From Felis catus (Eukaryota): 64,000 nt of DNA. Made by a program: the position numbers and the translations under genes. The notes beneath the pieces are model-generated. The model did not search any database. It had not been told where the DNA came from and was given only the letters and a program-made list of their open reading frames with translations. Positions 61,813 to 64,000 of the stretch are shown here, in pieces; position 1 is the first letter of the stretch, and every line of letters begins with the position of its first letter. The stretch covers positions 9,114,001 through 9,178,000 of the forward strand of contig NC_058369.1 of assembly GCF_018350175.1 (NCBI RefSeq). Reading direction: 5' to 3'.

Positions 61813-61938
61813 AGGGCCCCTGGGTGGCTCAGTCGGTTGGGCATCTGACTTCGGCTCAGGTCATGATCTCACAGCTCGTGAGTTCGAGTCCTATGTCGGG
61901 CTCTGTGTTGGCAGCTCAGAGCCTGGAACCTGCTTCAG

Positions 61939-61976
<38 letters not shown>

Positions 61977-63339
61977 CCTCCCCTGCTCATGCTTTGTGTC
62001 TCTCAAAAATAAATAAACATTTAAAAAAATTTAAGTTCATTTGAGAGAGAGAGAGCGAGAGAGCAGGTGAGTGTGCATGATGTGGGGGGCAGAGAGGCAG
62101 AGAGAGAGACAGAGAGAGGGAGGGAGAGAGTCCTAAGCAGGCTCTGCATTGTCAGCACAGAGCCCAATGTGGGGCTTGAGCCCATGAACCATGAGACCAT
62201 GACCTGAGCTGAAATTAAGAGTAGGACGCTTAACCGACTGAGCCACCCAGGCACCCTTTTTTTTTTTCTTTTTTAATTTTTTAAAAATGTTTTAGGGGTG
62301 TCATATATTTTTTTTTTTACCTATACTTATTTGAATGCCTGAAATAGTTCACCTAAAAAGCAAAGGGCAGGACAATGGTATATAGATTGCTTTCATTTGT
62401 GTTTTTTTTCTTTTCTTATGTTTCGGTTTTGTATGCTTAAAAGAGTTTTTAAACTCTAAAGTGAAACCCCTCCCTAAAAGGAACATCTTGCTGCTCTTTT
62501 CAACATGGAAATACAAGTAGGGGCACCTGGGTGGCTCAATCAGTTAGGCAGGGACCTCAGCTCAGGTCATGATCTCCCAGTTGGTGGGTTCGATCCCTGC
62601 TTTGGGCTCTGTGCTGCCAGCTCAGAGCCTGGAGCCTGCTTCCGATTCTGTATCTCCTTCTCTCTGCCCTTCCCCTGCTCATGCTCTTTCAAAAATTAAC
62701 ATGCATTAAAAAAAAGTTTTAATGCAAGTACAAAGTAAACCATAACTTGTAAATTCTTTTCAAAAAAAATTTTTTTAAGTTCATTTATTTATTTTGAGAG
62801 AGTGTGTGAGTGCATGAGCGGGGTGGGGAGAGAGAGAGAGAGAGAGAGAGAGAGAACCCCAAGCAGGCTCTGTGCTGTCAGCACAGAGCTCCAGGCAGAA
62901 CTTGATCTCACGAACCATGAGATCATGACCTGAGCTGAAATCAAGAGTTTGTTGCTTAGCCAACTAAGCCACCCCCACCCCCAGCTTGTAAATTCTTACT
63001 CTCCTCCTCCAAAAGGTCAGCATGTAATAGACATCCGGATATTTTTTTAAATTCAATTTTCTTGGGGGCGCCTGGGTGGTTCGCTCCATTAAGCAACCCA
63101 CTCATGATTTCGGCTCAGGTCGTGATCTCACAGTTCCTGAGTTTGAGCCCTGTGTGGGGCTCCGTGCTGACAGTGGGGAGCCTGCTTGGGATTCTCTGTG
63201 TCTCTCTCTGCACCTCTCCAGCTTGTGCACGCTGTCTCTCAAAATAAATAAACATTGAAAAGAACCTGTAAACTTAATTTTCTTGGATATCCTTCCGTGT
63301 AAAAAAAAAAAAGAGGTTCCTTAGCCCTGTACCACTGTG

Positions 63340-64000
63340 TAGTATTATGGGATTATGCCTGGTGAGTCTGGAGAAGAGCGAAGGAGGCCGGGGCGGGGGT
63401 AGTTGGAGGGGCTGGAGGGAGTGAGAAAGGGGGAGAGGGTGGGAAAGAGGAGGAAGGGGTGGTGGTGATAGGAGCAGACGGGCGACACCTGTGGGCTGCA
63501 GTGAGGACTTTGGCTGTCACCCGAGCGAGGTGCGAGCCCTGTAAGGTTCTGAGCAAAGAAAAGTGCCCGGACCCAAGTGCTCACGGGCGCCTCCTGGCTG
63601 CTGTGGGGGGAACAGACTCTGCGGAGAGGTGCTGGGAGCTCGAGCACCAACCCAGGGTGGAGGGGCCGTACTGGTTCAAGCGGGAAAATAACAGGGGCCG
63701 TGTCTGGGCGGGGGGCGAGAGAGGAGTGAGAAGTGGACGGATTCTAGGTAGATTCTGGAGCAGACGGGATTTGCCGTCATAGCAGATGGGGGGGGGGGCG
63801 GGTGCAGTCAGAGAAAGCGAGGGGCTCAACGGTGCTCCAAAGTTTGGGGCGTTAGCATTGGGCATCAGCTGGGTCTAGAGGACTTCGAGGGGGCGGGCTG
63901 GGGTCGCCCAGGAGCTCGGATGCAGCGGGGTGTGGGCAAAGCACCCTCGCACCTCCAGGTGGGGCGTCCAGGAGGCAGATGCCCCGGGCGCGGCTGCCGC
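63340..64000. mobile_element. CpG-enriched L2-like relic at the right edge
   Basis: gtgaggactttggctgtcacccgagcgaggtgcgagccctgtaaggttctgagca and gagaagtggacggattctaggtagattctggag resemble L2. Confidence 0.5.

Larger units (their letters stand above)
54928..63260. mobile_element. Dense CanSINE field (about 17 copies)
   Basis: Approximate copies: 54928-55135 -, 55145-55371 -, 56675-56871 -, 56885-57116 -, 57680-57899 -, 58428-58651 +, 58767-58993 -, 59135-59339 -, 59345-59540 -, 60617-60843 -, 60844-61082 -, 61566-61790 +, 61813-62030 +, 62035-62256 -, 62520-62715 +, 62770-62975 -, 63064-63260 +. TSDs include ccaacactacttttt, caatcaaacgatttt, aaaaaagtaattca and tcacatgacat. Confidence 0.92.

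Overview
This is mammalian nuclear DNA, almost certainly from a cat-family (Felidae) genome, judged by about 40 tRNA-derived carnivore CanSINEs including young SINEC_Fc-type copies. It is the gene-dense, GC-rich block syntenic with human chr19p13.13. In order it holds the KLF1 upstream erythroid enhancer (KLF1 itself is just off the left edge), GCDH (+), SYCE2 (-), FARSA (-), CALR (+), RAD23A (+) and GADD45GIP1 (-), then about 9 kb of SINE/LINE/LTR-rich intergenic DNA that probably leads toward DAND5. I built exon structures by hand from GT-AG junctions. They give GCDH 438 aa, FARSA 508 aa, GADD45GIP1 222 aa, SYCE2 about 180 aa, RAD23A 363 aa (exon 7 mostly in an N gap) and CALR (stop/KDEL in an N gap). 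Most of the six-frame ORF track is noise from introns, SINEs and CpG islands. I found no evidence of a wholly new protein-coding system. The best leads are regulatory or architectural: a two-uORF leader on RAD23A, interleaved antisense 3' ends of GCDH and SYCE2 with a frameshifted SYCE2 exon relic, two repeat-free homeodomain/POU/FOX motif clusters that look like enhancers, an 82-bp tandem duplication upstream of CALR, a mirtron-like CALR intron, and altered microhomology at the CALR exon 9 deletion hotspot. Comparisons with human or mouse sequences are from memory and need checking by alignment.
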